DNA of 56,920 nt from a virus (Duplodnaviria; Caudoviricetes), in IMG/VR virus record IMGVR_UViG_3300039159_000083, positions 1 to 56,920 of that record. The stretch is one strand, 5' to 3'. Below are positions 8,080 to 18,904 of this stretch, piece by piece; position 1 is the stretch's first letter; each line of letters starts with the position of its first letter. The notes under the pieces were generated by a model. It worked only from the letters and a program-made list of their open reading frames with translations. It did no database searches and was not told the origin of the DNA. The translations under genes were made by a program, and so were the position numbers.

Positions 8080-8955
8080 TTAACCTATTACCACTACTCT
8101 ATATTGATTAGTAGTAGGAGCCACTGAGAATGTCAGGGTAATAGTATTTACAGTCGTATGATCTATATCAGTAATAATATAAGAGTAAGGAGATGCAGTA
8201 GTGTAAATATGGGCAACTACATCTCTAGTATTAAGGTTATGAGTGATGGTGATAGAGGTACTACTACCATCCCCTATAGAAGTATTATATTTACCAACTC
8301 CAGTAGGTCTTGAATCTACATATAATTTAGTTACTGCATCTGTATCCAGAGTAGGAGTAGCTAAGTTAGTTATCTTATTAGAGTTAAGGTTTAAGTTAAC
8401 TGTAGGGGCAGCTAGTTGATCTAATCTATTAGTACGTACCTGAGTATCAAAGTTACTAATAGTAGATGCTAACTGAGAGCCACTATGATTAGTTCTAGAT
8501 AGGTAATAAGTACCTACCTGACTTTCTAGTTGACTAGCATTACTGGCTAAGCCTGTTAAGGGGCCTATAAAACTAGTGGCAGTGATAGCACCACTACTAT
8601 CTCTTAGGGTAAGTGTAGAAGCTGTAGATAAGGCAGTAGCCCCATCTAATTTATCTTTATCACTTATAGATAGACTACCTGCAGTAATAGATGAAGCAGC
8701 GGGTATACCTATAATAGGTGCCTGACTAGTACCTGTATTGACTAAGGGGGCACTAATAGTTATAGAACTTATAGAGTTATCAGCTCCTACTAATGACTGC
8801 CATATTGTCCCATCAAAGTTACGTAAGGCTTTAGTAACAGTGTCATAATATAATTGCCCTTCTAAAGGTGTAGAAGGGGCAGTACTTAACCTATGTATTA
8901 CTGCCTGTCTTAATTCATTCTGATTAAGGTCTAGGTGGAATTGAACTTGTGGCAT
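8080..8955 (-). CDS. Short fibre protein
   Basis: APSTPLEGQLYYDT, RTNHSGSQLASTIS, DAVTKLYVD and C-terminal ITITHNLNTRDV module. AGGAGG RBS at 8960-8965. Confidence 0.75.
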   Translation of the reverse strand: MPQVQFHLDLNQNELRQAVIHRLSTAPSTPLEGQLYYDTVTKALRNFDGTIWQSLVGADNSISSITISAPLVNTGTSQAPIIGIPAASSITAGSLSISDKDKLDGATALSTASTLTLRDSSGAITATSFIGPLTGLASNASQLESQVGTYYLSRTNHSGSQLASTISNFDTQVRTNRLDQLAAPTVNLNLNSNKITNLATPTLDTDAVTKLYVDSRPTGVGKYNTSIGDGSSTSITITHNLNTRDVVAHIYTTASPYSYIITDIDHTTVNTITLTFSVAPTTNQYRVVVIG

Positions 8956-8974
8956 ATAACCTCCTAAGGAAATA

Positions 8975-9022
8975 AGTTAGAGTTAGAGTTAGAGTTAAAA
9001 TTGAAGCTAGAGTTAGAGTTAA
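8975..9022. repeat. Hexamer tandem repeat (AGTTAG), eight degenerate units
   Basis: AGTTAG AGTTAG AGTTAG AGTTAA AATTGA AGCTAG AGTTAG AGTTAA, in register. Confidence 0.85.
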
Positions 9023-11034
9023 CTTGTATAAGTAATTACTACCTTAAATTGATTTAAGGTAGGGGCAACTGTAAATACAAATTGTAAGGCGTTATTACTT
9101 ATTCTTCTTACAGTAGGAATAACATCTTCAAAGCTATTTCCATTCTCATATACCTGCCATATAACATTCTTAGAACCTAAGTTATGAGTGACAGTAATAG
9201 AATTATTAGTTCCATCTCCCACATCAGTAGTAAAAGCTGTAGTGTTAGAAGAACCACCGCCGCCCCCATCTAGAGATACCCAACTTGAGGTACTAGCTCT
9301 GTAATATTGGAAGTTATTAGAAGCCCATCTAAGGGTTCCTTTATCATTTCCTTGTCCTAAGACTAGATAACCCTGACTACCAGGTAAGGCAGCTATAGTA
9401 AGATTTCTATCTCCTACTACAGGAATAAGAGGTGAAGGTAATACAGGGGCTTGATCTCCATAACCTATTAATATGTTTCCTTCACTATTAATAGTGAGAG
9501 AATCTAATAAGAGATTGGAACCATCTGCTTTGACCTTAAATCTAAGGCCTCCACCTATATTAACTGCAACACCTTCAGCATAACCTTCTATAATACTCAC
9601 ACTCTTTAGAGGCTGAGTAGAAGAAGATAGGTTGAAACTGACTCTACCTGCCACATCCCCAGCAGTAATACTGGATTTAGGGTTATTAAGTAGAAGTAAT
9701 CCAGGTCTATCTACCTTACCTGATACAGTAAGAAGAGTATCATTAGGGTTAAATACAACACCTAAGGTGGGGTCACTTAATCCTATTCCTACATTACGTG
9801 TAGTTATAAGACTATTACCTATAGTATTCTGTATAGATAAGGGGCCGGTAAGCGTTCCTCCAGTAAGAGGTAGATAAAAACCAACTACTCCAATAGCAGT
9901 TAATAAATCATTACCTCTCCGACCTATAAAGGTTCCTGTGTTATCAATTATAGGTATTGTTCCTTCATCTCCTGTGAGAGAAGGTATAACACTTATCTCA
10001 TTTAGGTTAGAGGAGGGAACTAGGTAATCTGTGCCAGGTATAGCAGCAGTAAAGGCAGAAGTACCACTACCTTTAATTAGTCCTGTAAGGGTAGCTACTC
10101 CAGTACCTCCTCTATTAACAGGTAGGGTACCAGTTACATTAGAGGCTAAGTTAAGTAATCCCCAGCTAGCTTCAGTAGTGGGGCCTTGACTACTAAGTAC
10201 TTGTCCTGTAGTACCCCCAGCCACTTGTAAATAACCTAGGTTATTTATAAGGGTAATAGGGCTAAAGTCTAGACTAAAGACATCTCCAATCTTAGATATA
10301 GGTGCTGCTGCTTGATAAGAAGCAACACTAGAGAATTGGGTAAAGACTAAGTCTGTGCTATTAAGAGTGATGGGGGCATTAGTAATTAGTACCCAACCAG
10401 TATCTGCTTGAGTGATACCTTCTTGAATAAAGATGAAGGAACCAGGGGATACTTCAATTGAAGTATCATAATCGCCAGCTCTAATCCAAGTTCCAGTATC
10501 AACTATATAAATACCATTTTCAACAGGAAGCAGTTGGTCTTTAACTAAAATCCTATCTCCTGCAACTAAGAGGATTCCATCTATAGTCTGAACACCTGTT
10601 AAAGCTATATCACTAATAGTAGCTACCCTAGCAGAGTCTTTAATATCAAGCCCAGTAGCTATTGCATCAACATAGGCCTTATTTGTAGCATCATTGGGTA
10701 GGGTAGGTGAGGCTAGGTTTATTAACTTCTGTGAGTTAAAGGAGACTGATAAGTTAGGGGCAGTTAATTGATTTAATCTTTGCCCTTTAACATAAGCAGT
10801 TGTAGCTAGTCTCAAACTACTATCAGTTAGAGTAGGTGTAGGAGCAGTAGGAGTACCAGTAAATACTGGACTATTTCTAGGGGCAAATACTCCTAATCCT
10901 CCTACTGCAACTACTGATCCAGCCTTACCTATAAACAAGGTGTCTGATAGATCAGACCAGGCTAGTTCTCCATTAAATAATACGGTTGGTTCCGCAGAAC
11001 TAATACTTCTCTTTATAAGAATAGTATTGGTCAT
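9019..11034 (-). CDS. Tail/head fibre protein
   Basis: N-terminal ILIKRS...P..L..GELA motif, SPVFTGTPTAPTP repeat, DATNKAYVD, IDG..L..GDRILVKDQ...ENGIY domain, LPVNRGGTG, YLPLTGGTLTGPL and C-terminal ITVTHNLG. Confidence 0.85.
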   Translation of the reverse strand: MTNTILIKRSISSAEPTVLFNGELAWSDLSDTLFIGKAGSVVAVGGLGVFAPRNSPVFTGTPTAPTPTLTDSSLRLATTAYVKGQRLNQLTAPNLSVSFNSQKLINLASPTLPNDATNKAYVDAIATGLDIKDSARVATISDIALTGVQTIDGILLVAGDRILVKDQLLPVENGIYIVDTGTWIRAGDYDTSIEVSPGSFIFIQEGITQADTGWVLITNAPITLNSTDLVFTQFSSVASYQAAAPISKIGDVFSLDFSPITLINNLGYLQVAGGTTGQVLSSQGPTTEASWGLLNLASNVTGTLPVNRGGTGVATLTGLIKGSGTSAFTAAIPGTDYLVPSSNLNEISVIPSLTGDEGTIPIIDNTGTFIGRRGNDLLTAIGVVGFYLPLTGGTLTGPLSIQNTIGNSLITTRNVGIGLSDPTLGVVFNPNDTLLTVSGKVDRPGLLLLNNPKSSITAGDVAGRVSFNLSSSTQPLKSVSIIEGYAEGVAVNIGGGLRFKVKADGSNLLLDSLTINSEGNILIGYGDQAPVLPSPLIPVVGDRNLTIAALPGSQGYLVLGQGNDKGTLRWASNNFQYYRASTSSWVSLDGGGGGSSNTTAFTTDVGDGTNNSITVTHNLGSKNVIWQVYENGNSFEDVIPTVRRISNNALQFVFTVAPTLNQFKVVITYTS

Positions 11035-11540
11035 TAAAATGATCCTCCATCAACTGTTAAATTAGTTATGTATACATCTAAATCTTCTATAGCACTTTGA
11101 ACATTAGTAGCACTAATATTAGTAGTTGCTATAGAGGTAATGGTTGAGGCAGCATGAATATGCGCGGAGGTCGCAAAAGCAGAACTAGGTTGAGTAGCTG
11201 CCGAACCTAATCCTAGGTTTGTTCTAGCTTGAACTAAACTAGTTAGGTCTGATAAGTTATTAGTTCTTACTAAAGCATTAGGAGTTCCAGCACCACCACT
11301 AGTTTGTAAGCTAAGAAGACTAGCATTAGGATTAGTAAACCAATCTGTTTCTCCTGTAATAGTCTTTATTCTATTAAGAATCCAAGGTAGCCACTCATCA
11401 AGAGTGGCCGCTTGGTTTGATAAGGGTATAGTGCTACTAGGGTATGGACCAAATAACTCTGTTTTAGTGCCTGTTAATTGGTAAGTAGCATCACCTCTAT
11501 ATCTAATACCCCCTTGGGCTTCTATTCTTCCTGATCTCAT
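11034..11540 (-). CDS. Small fibre-related protein
   Basis: WILNRIKTITGETDW, NNLSDL...ARTNLGLGSAAT and ATNVQSAI are common fibre motifs; ends VDGGSF. Confidence 0.7.
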   Translation of the reverse strand: MRSGRIEAQGGIRYRGDATYQLTGTKTELFGPYPSSTIPLSNQAATLDEWLPWILNRIKTITGETDWFTNPNASLLSLQTSGGAGTPNALVRTNNLSDLTSLVQARTNLGLGSAATQPSSAFATSAHIHAASTITSIATTNISATNVQSAIEDLDVYITNLTVDGGSF

Positions 11541-11544
11541 TTGT

Positions 11545-14037
11545 TTACCTCACTAAGGCTAATGTCCATATACCTGGTATAGGCGTAGGAGTATTATATG
11601 AAATTAGACTAACGATTAGTGTGTTATCATCTATTACTTCTATTTCATCTGGGATTACTACTCTATTAGAGTTATTCCAAAGGGTAACACTAGATAATCT
11701 GAGTTTACCTAAGTTATGAACTACGGTAAGTGAATTACTAACTAGGTTAGATGCTTGGAAATCTATAGAGAAAGGTAACACTAAATCAGGTAGTTGAATT
11801 AGAGGAACCTTAGCATCAGAGCCTAGACTAGCCACACCGTTAGCTACAGCCTTCTGAGTAAGAGGTATAGCCCCTACTTGGACTGCAGTTACACTATGAG
11901 GGTTATTAGTAAGAGATGAGTGAAGACTTACTTCTTGTAGGGCTGCTTGAGCATTAGTACTAAGCAAAGTACCTACAGGGGTAAAGGTAATCTGTGATGC
12001 AGTATAATCACCAAGCATCGAAGTAACTATACCAGCTCTTCCATAGATTGAGGTTACTGTACCACTACCACTGGGAGTGAGAAGCTCTTGCCAATTAGCA
12101 ATATCAGTAGCAGGTAATCCTTTTAATATAAAGGAGACATTAATATCAGTTCTTACAGCTACATCACCTATGCTATCAGCACTTAATGCAAGCATGGATG
12201 GTTCACTACCAACTACATATACATCAGTAATGTTAAAGGCAGGTAGTTGATTAGTAGGAACCTTTCCATTACCATCTAGAGAGGCAATACCATTAAACTG
12301 AGCTATGCTATCTAATCTAGCAAAGGTAGAATCTATGGAACTCTTTAGATAAACAATAGGGTTAACACTATTAACATCAGATCTTACAGTACCTGATATG
12401 GTAATAGAGGCCACCTCTTCATCTCCAGTATTAACCCCTGATAGGTTAGATGCTGAGATAAGTCCATTGGCATTTACATTTCCACCAAAGACAGAGTTAC
12501 CACTAACAGAAAGAGATGTAAGAATAGCAGACCCATTTACATCTAAATTACTATTGGCTACTATAGAACCAGTAATAAAAGAGGCTGAAGATAAGTTACC
12601 TACTACAAGTCCATTACCAGATAATATTAAATCTCTACCATTAATATCACCAAGTACTACTAAGTCACCTTCTATTGATTGAGAACCTTCTACTATTAAA
12701 TCATTCTCAAAGGTAGCCTCACCTCTAGTAATAGAAGCTCCTCTAACATCTTGGTTACCAAGTATAAGAACATTAGTACCTACACTAAGATTAGTAGTTA
12801 TGACAGAGGAACCTGAGGTTAATACCCCAGTCACACTTGCCGTAGTTCCTACAGATAAGGCACCTGCTAATGTAGTAGCGCCTCCTATGGAGGTATCACC
12901 TACTATAATGGCTGTCTGTCCTCTAAGTGCTCCACCAGCTGTTATATCGCCAGCACTGCCTAGTATAGAAACAGTAGTAGGGCCTACAACATTAAGAGTA
13001 CCTGTTAAAGAAGTATTTCTACCAACAGATAGGTCTCTAATAACTGTAAGGTCATTACCTACAGATACATTACTACCAGCATTTACTTGGCCATTAAGAT
13101 TACTAATTCCTCCTATACTAAGAGAGGAAGGGCTAGTTATACTGCCTGTGATATTAATATCACCAGCTATAGATACATCATCTCCTACAGTTAAATCATC
13201 TTGTATAGTCAGGTCATTAGTAGTAAGAACACCTGTAACTGTTAGGTTATTACCAAATAGTGAGGCACCATTTACAGTTAATGAACCGTTAATTAAAGAG
13301 TTACCACCAATATTAGTAGCTCCTGTTACTGTCAAGGAAGTACCAACTAATAAGCTACTTGTAGTATTGACAACACCTATTAAACTAGTAGTACCTTGAA
13401 CTGATAGGGTAGAGCTAAGATTGGTAGCACCACCTACTGTTAATACACTGGCAAGAGTAGTAGCTTGGGCTACTGCAAGAGTAGCATTGGCTAATATAGG
13501 GGCTTGGAAGGTGGCTTGATTATCAACCCTTAAGGTTCCTAGTAATATCGTACCTGAGGTTACTGATAGAGTAGACCTTAGGTCAGTACCTTGATTAACT
13601 CTTAGAGTGCCATCTATTATGACATTTCCTGAGTTAATATCATTAGTAGTAAGAAGTCCTACTATACCTACCGCACCACTAGCTTGTAGAGTATTAACAG
13701 TGGTACTACCACTAAAGGATTTATTACCAAGCATTACTTGGTTAGAGTATAAATCTACTCTTTCCTCATAAGCTAAACCTCTAGGTGAAGCAGTAGCACT
13801 AATTAGACAATATTTATCAACACCAGGGGGTAATTGGCTTATAGCCTGAGCATTGGTCTTAGTAACTAGATAACCCTTATCTGCGGGCTCTACTCCATTA
13901 CTAGAGAGTTCTATAGCATCTATAAGACCATTGATCTTATTAACTACTGCAGTACCATTAGACCCTAAGATTGGGTCTTCATATATATAATCGTTATCGC
14001 TACCTATGATTATCTTATAGGTTTGTAAGTTAGGCAT
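11545..14037 (-). CDS. Fibre/spike protein with a long beta-helix-like repeat region
   Basis: Hundreds of residues of (L/V)-x-V-x-G hexad-like repeats, GIASLDGNGKVP twice, VTSIYGRAGIV and C-terminal LTVVHNLG. Confidence 0.8.
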   Translation of the reverse strand: MPNLQTYKIIIGSDNDYIYEDPILGSNGTAVVNKINGLIDAIELSSNGVEPADKGYLVTKTNAQAISQLPPGVDKYCLISATASPRGLAYEERVDLYSNQVMLGNKSFSGSTTVNTLQASGAVGIVGLLTTNDINSGNVIIDGTLRVNQGTDLRSTLSVTSGTILLGTLRVDNQATFQAPILANATLAVAQATTLASVLTVGGATNLSSTLSVQGTTSLIGVVNTTSSLLVGTSLTVTGATNIGGNSLINGSLTVNGASLFGNNLTVTGVLTTNDLTIQDDLTVGDDVSIAGDINITGSITSPSSLSIGGISNLNGQVNAGSNVSVGNDLTVIRDLSVGRNTSLTGTLNVVGPTTVSILGSAGDITAGGALRGQTAIIVGDTSIGGATTLAGALSVGTTASVTGVLTSGSSVITTNLSVGTNVLILGNQDVRGASITRGEATFENDLIVEGSQSIEGDLVVLGDINGRDLILSGNGLVVGNLSSASFITGSIVANSNLDVNGSAILTSLSVSGNSVFGGNVNANGLISASNLSGVNTGDEEVASITISGTVRSDVNSVNPIVYLKSSIDSTFARLDSIAQFNGIASLDGNGKVPTNQLPAFNITDVYVVGSEPSMLALSADSIGDVAVRTDINVSFILKGLPATDIANWQELLTPSGSGTVTSIYGRAGIVTSMLGDYTASQITFTPVGTLLSTNAQAALQEVSLHSSLTNNPHSVTAVQVGAIPLTQKAVANGVASLGSDAKVPLIQLPDLVLPFSIDFQASNLVSNSLTVVHNLGKLRLSSVTLWNNSNRVVIPDEIEVIDDNTLIVSLISYNTPTPIPGIWTLALVR

Positions 14038-15439
14038 TTATACAGTCCTCCATGACAAAAGATCCATCTATAAAGTTGATATCATTCACTAAACAATCCT
14101 CTAATAGATCCCTGAAAGGACTTTCTAGTTGCTCCTTACAGAAACCATTATCAAACATAAACTCATCGTTTATAAGGGCATCATCATCTACTAGTTCTAT
14201 TCCTTTATCTCTATTAAAATCATCACCAATAATATTACAGTCATTAAATATAGATAGAGATAGAGGAATATATCTACTACATAATCTATCTCTTACAGCT
14301 AAGTTGATTCCACAGCTATGACTATCTTCTATCTCTATAGAATCTATAGCTATATCAGTCTCCAGTAGTAGGCCACCTATATCTAAACCTAATAGTTCAA
14401 TACCTATATTAATTACTGTTTGAGCATAAGAAGAAGGTGGAGCTGGATGAAGAAATACACTACCATCCTTTCTCTTATATAAATAATAAGTCTGATAAGG
14501 ATTATAAGAAGAAGTGCTTATATAACCTGTGAACTGGCCTATATAAGGGATAGACCCATAAGAAGGATAGAAGCCTAATAGGGAATCTAAACACTGGTCA
14601 TAGATTATATCCCCTGGTTTAGGTTTACCTAAGGGGAAGTCTAATTCTATAGGTTGAAGTGGAGAGGTGTATAACTCATCCTTAATACCATAGATACCTT
14701 CTATGTCTGTATACTCATAAAGGATAGTTCCCTCAGCATTAAGAATCATTTTCCCTGTAAAGTAGAAACCCTTAACAAAGGGATGGGTCAAGTCATCTAC
14801 TACTGAGCTATAGAAACAAGGCCAGTCTTCAGCACTAGCATTAATAACATATTCTTTATATGGGTATTGATTCCATATAAGAGGTTTAATAGGTCTACTA
14901 TCCCAGTTATAAATGAAAGGTAATTGAGCCTTAAGTAAGAGAGCTAAGTTAGGTCTTATAGGAACATAAAGGAATCTTCTATATTCTTTATCTAACTCAG
15001 CACCATATAAAGAAGGGCTATAAAACTCCCAATATAAATTGTTACTCCCATACTCAGTCACTTCTGAATAGATGTAAGAATCCCCAGATATAAACCCATC
15101 ATTAATCTGATTTCTATTGTTATATAAGGTGTCTCTTTCTAATGAGAGGGAATCCTCATATATCTCATCCTCTATCTTCCTAACCCCTATATAAGTATAT
15201 TCACCTGTTTGTATCTGTCTAATTACCTCTGGCAGTTCTATATCTGTGTATACATGAGGTCTAATATCTACCTCATATTTAGGGTATTTCTTAGACCTTA
15301 TCTGCTGTTCTTTTATTTCATTGAAGTAGGTTAAATAGTTTAGACCATTACTAATCCTTTCTTCTCTATTAAGTAAAGCAGTATTAGAAATAGAGGTGGC
15401 ATATTTATTTAAGTATTCATAATAGTTTATTGCTTCCAA
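14030..15439 (-). CDS. Hypothetical virion-associated protein
   Basis: 469 aa, Tyr-rich, with an acidic Cys-containing C-terminus; inside the structural operon. Confidence 0.6.
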   Translation of the reverse strand: MEAINYYEYLNKYATSISNTALLNREERISNGLNYLTYFNEIKEQQIRSKKYPKYEVDIRPHVYTDIELPEVIRQIQTGEYTYIGVRKIEDEIYEDSLSLERDTLYNNRNQINDGFISGDSYIYSEVTEYGSNNLYWEFYSPSLYGAELDKEYRRFLYVPIRPNLALLLKAQLPFIYNWDSRPIKPLIWNQYPYKEYVINASAEDWPCFYSSVVDDLTHPFVKGFYFTGKMILNAEGTILYEYTDIEGIYGIKDELYTSPLQPIELDFPLGKPKPGDIIYDQCLDSLLGFYPSYGSIPYIGQFTGYISTSSYNPYQTYYLYKRKDGSVFLHPAPPSSYAQTVINIGIELLGLDIGGLLLETDIAIDSIEIEDSHSCGINLAVRDRLCSRYIPLSLSIFNDCNIIGDDFNRDKGIELVDDDALINDEFMFDNGFCKEQLESPFRDLLEDCLVNDINFIDGSFVMEDCINA

Positions 15440-15888
15440 TGGAGACCTCCTTCTAGTTCTAGCCTAGATATATTTGATACTTGATAATCATCTAGACCTA
15501 TTGGATAATCAGCATTAGTAATAAGCTGGCCTCCTTCTCTTCTACATTCCCTTCCTCCTTCTATTACATCCATGTAAAGAGTATCTCTCTTCACATATAA
15601 AGTTTTTACCTTTAGATGAATGATAGGTCTATTGCCAAAGCTAATACCTATACTCTTAATATAGGTCTGAGGCATGTTAGATTGAATGATAAAATCTTCT
15701 AGTGTTTCTGTTACTCCCTTATCTGTCTCACCATATATAAGAGAAGATGCAAGGAAGGGTAAATCACATCCTTGTAATAGTTCTTGTAGGGTAATTTTAT
15801 TAGAAGCGGCATAAAGAGGTTTGATCTTAGAGTAGATAGAGAAGGCTCCACTAGCCATTAGGGTTATTGGTTCTGTTCTAGTTATCAT
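15427..15888 (-). CDS. Hypothetical protein
   Basis: 153-aa ORF overlapping the next gene in the operon. Confidence 0.65.
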   Translation of the reverse strand: MITRTEPITLMASGAFSIYSKIKPLYAASNKITLQELLQGCDLPFLASSLIYGETDKGVTETLEDFIIQSNMPQTYIKSIGISFGNRPIIHLKVKTLYVKRDTLYMDVIEGGRECRREGGQLITNADYPIGLDDYQVSNISRLELEGGLHWKQ

Positions 15889-15899
15889 TTTGTAGGGGT

Positions 15900-18800
15900 T
15901 TAAGGGTTGAATAAACGTGAACCTAACTGACTTAAAGCGTCAGTAATAGGAGAGGGAAGGGCATCTGCTATCCCACCAAGCACAGCCCCCTCAAGTTGAG
16001 CATTAGCAGGTCTTCTACTATTGGCAGGGGAAGTAGATTCGCCTGGGGTAGGAGAGGTGGCTGAAGTTGTGGTAGCCGGATTAGTTGGTATACAAGGGTC
16101 AGTATTAGCTGATTCTATCTTTATAGTTCCACTAGATAGATAAGTCTTGATGTCATCTATGTTTCCTTTGTTGACTCCATATAAACTTAATAATAGGGCA
16201 GCACTACCTAACGGTGCTCCTAAGCCCAACGTTAGGGCCTCACTCCCACCTAATATGTAATTAACTGTTTGTATAGGTTCAAGTATAGTGACAGTAGCAT
16301 TAGTAAGAATATCTAGTGCAATACTACTAGTCTGTAAAATTACCCCATAACCAGAAGGATGAAAATACTTTCTATTATTAACTTGGAAGGTATTATCTCC
16401 TAATCCAGCTCCTACATCTGTAGCTTCTATGAGAGTTAATCCTAGTTCAGACACACTCTTAGATTTTATATCTCTCTCTGTGGGTTTACTACCTATAGGC
16501 TTTATTGATACCCAACTACCATTTAAGTATCTACTAACATCATTTATTTCCCATCTAAGAAGACCTGAGAACCAATTCCTAGGGGCATCAGCTAATATGG
16601 CAGCAGTCTGTAAAGGAGTATATATCCTATCCTCTGCTATTTCATCTCTCATGTAGAAACCTTCCCCAGTAATCTCTGAGTAGCAGAACTTCCTAGATGC
16701 TCCGGTATCTAATCTAGATATATCTTTACACCACACCTTACCAGTGTCATAGAGGCATTGGGCCTTCTTCTGACCTCCATCTATTAATGCAGCCGCCGCT
16801 TCTTGTGACGCTAATGCAACATTAGCTCTAGCTGTAATGTCATCAGTAAGGTTAATAGCCTTCTTACCTACAAGACCATGATCAGTAACTTCAAGTTCAA
16901 TCATGTACCAGGTTCTATCTGACCTTGCTTGATATACTTCTAACCTTCTGACATAACCCTTGAACTTAGGGTTACCTGTTTTACCATCACGTAATGGGTC
17001 ATCATCTAATCCCTGTGTAGGATACATTCCATCCTTATTCTTTCTAAGGTTTATCTCTACTTCTAGTTCATGTCCTTGTTGCATGGATAACTTATAGAAG
17101 GAGACAAACTCATGATAGGAATCAAGCTTAGAAGCTATTTCATATAAGGGTTTGAAAGTGCCTGAGTTAACTGGGCTGCTCTCTTTAGTAGAATTCCAAT
17201 GACCCTTCTCAAGTTTATCTATACCTGGCTTAGGACACTCACCTGGACACCCATCTGCTAGGAATTCATTATGTAAGTTATATGTGGTGACAGGGGAAGC
17301 TTGGCCTATAGCAGTAAGAGTAGATAAAGAGGAAGTATCTAAATTAACACCTGAGGAATTATTAGATATATTATTAGGATTGATCTCATAATATATTGCA
17401 CCATTCTGTATACTATTATTAATCTCAGCTTGAGCATTTAGAGAGGGGATTGGTAAGTAAGAAGTGGAGCTAAGTTCTTCTATTTGAGAGGCTGACCTAT
17501 AACTTTTAAGGTCATTAGAGTATTGAATATAGAATTGCCCAGTACCCTGTTTCAAAAGATAAGTATTACCTCCTTTTACATTATTACCATTTGATAAAAT
17601 AGCCCCTTGATTATCATTTCTAGATGATTGAAACACAGGGCCTTGCTGAGCTACTTGAGAACCAACTGTTAACCCATTGCTATTAATACCTGCTAAACGA
17701 GTCACCTTACCTAAGCCACCATCACCCGTAAAGGTTCCTACTAGTGTTATATAAAGAGCTTCTACTCCTAAGTTCTGATAGATAGGTTGGAAGCCGGGTA
17801 CCCTATGTTTAGCTATGTTAGACATCACTCTGAATTGAAGACCAGGCATAGCATTAGGAGTATCCATACCACCTTGTATAGGAAGTATTGACCTCATAGC
17901 AGGAAGGAGAGTAAGGAACCATTCCTTATCCTCTCTTATAAAGGGAAGAGAGTTACCAGAGTTATCAGTAGTAGAAAAGGATCTAGAAGCTACACAGTTA
18001 CCTTGATTAGAATTATCACTATACTTAAACCTAACACCCCATTTCTCTGCTTCTACTTCTGGACAGATGGGTACAGCAGGTTTCTGAGGGGGTTTAGGTT
18101 TTGGTTGACTTACTTCAGGAGGAGGGCATGAAGGTATCTTAGGTAGATCCTGCCATGCATTTAGGTAGCATTGAGCTACTAAGAGACAATCCCTATCATC
18201 AGGAGCTATGTTATTTATAGAATCTGAAGGTCGACGATTAGTAACAGGGCCATTATTAAGTAGGTCTCTAAGATTATCTCTAGGTACTCCTGTATATACA
18301 CCAAGAGAGAAGGCTTGATTAATAAAGTTGGCCATCTCTGCCACTTGTTTATAATAAGCTTGGGTGCCTCTCTTTTCATCCTTAATAGCTTTTAGATGAG
18401 ATTTTAAGGCCCGACTATTCTTCTTTAGAATGTTTAATGTTACCCTATTCTTAGTATTATCCCCATCAGTAGAGGTAGTATTAGCAGCTACTCTAACAGA
18501 TTCCTTTAATACATTAGATAGTCTTTGAGCACAAGCTATATTCTTATTAACTAAAGGGTCTAATCTTCTTGTATAGAATTCACTTCTAGCTTTAGTGGCG
18601 GCTTCTCTATCTACTTTGATGGAATCAGAGCAGGAAGAAGAACCTGTAGAGGTAGTAGTAGAATAAAGTCCTCCTGTTATAAGAGTCTGAAGGAAAACCT
18701 TAGCTGGCTCCCCCGTATATGTAACTGAATTATTCTTAGTAGGGGGATTGGATTCAGAATAAAATAAGCTTCCATCTGATTGTAGCTGAGCATAATATCT

Positions 18801-18902
18801 ATCGGCTTTATATACTAATCCAGGCTTTACTTCTGATGTATTAGATATCTTTGACCCAGTAATTCTTGATGTACTAGGTGTGGCTTGAATTGGTGCTGTC
18901 AT
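15900..18902 (-). CDS. Large baseplate protein with a tube-initiator (P2 gpU/Mu gpN N-terminal-like) domain
   Basis: IAKHRVPGFQPIYQNLGVEALYITLVGTF ... FKGYVRRLEV...WYMIELEV matches the tube-initiator fold pattern, interrupted by a large insertion. Confidence 0.5.
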   Translation of the reverse strand: MTAPIQATPSTSRITGSKISNTSEVKPGLVYKADRYYAQLQSDGSLFYSESNPPTKNNSVTYTGEPAKVFLQTLITGGLYSTTTSTGSSSCSDSIKVDREAATKARSEFYTRRLDPLVNKNIACAQRLSNVLKESVRVAANTTSTDGDNTKNRVTLNILKKNSRALKSHLKAIKDEKRGTQAYYKQVAEMANFINQAFSLGVYTGVPRDNLRDLLNNGPVTNRRPSDSINNIAPDDRDCLLVAQCYLNAWQDLPKIPSCPPPEVSQPKPKPPQKPAVPICPEVEAEKWGVRFKYSDNSNQGNCVASRSFSTTDNSGNSLPFIREDKEWFLTLLPAMRSILPIQGGMDTPNAMPGLQFRVMSNIAKHRVPGFQPIYQNLGVEALYITLVGTFTGDGGLGKVTRLAGINSNGLTVGSQVAQQGPVFQSSRNDNQGAILSNGNNVKGGNTYLLKQGTGQFYIQYSNDLKSYRSASQIEELSSTSYLPIPSLNAQAEINNSIQNGAIYYEINPNNISNNSSGVNLDTSSLSTLTAIGQASPVTTYNLHNEFLADGCPGECPKPGIDKLEKGHWNSTKESSPVNSGTFKPLYEIASKLDSYHEFVSFYKLSMQQGHELEVEINLRKNKDGMYPTQGLDDDPLRDGKTGNPKFKGYVRRLEVYQARSDRTWYMIELEVTDHGLVGKKAINLTDDITARANVALASQEAAAALIDGGQKKAQCLYDTGKVWCKDISRLDTGASRKFCYSEITGEGFYMRDEIAEDRIYTPLQTAAILADAPRNWFSGLLRWEINDVSRYLNGSWVSIKPIGSKPTERDIKSKSVSELGLTLIEATDVGAGLGDNTFQVNNRKYFHPSGYGVILQTSSIALDILTNATVTILEPIQTVNYILGGSEALTLGLGAPLGSAALLLSLYGVNKGNIDDIKTYLSSGTIKIESANTDPCIPTNPATTTSATSPTPGESTSPANSRRPANAQLEGAVLGGIADALPSPITDALSQLGSRLFNP

Positions 18903-18904
18903 TA

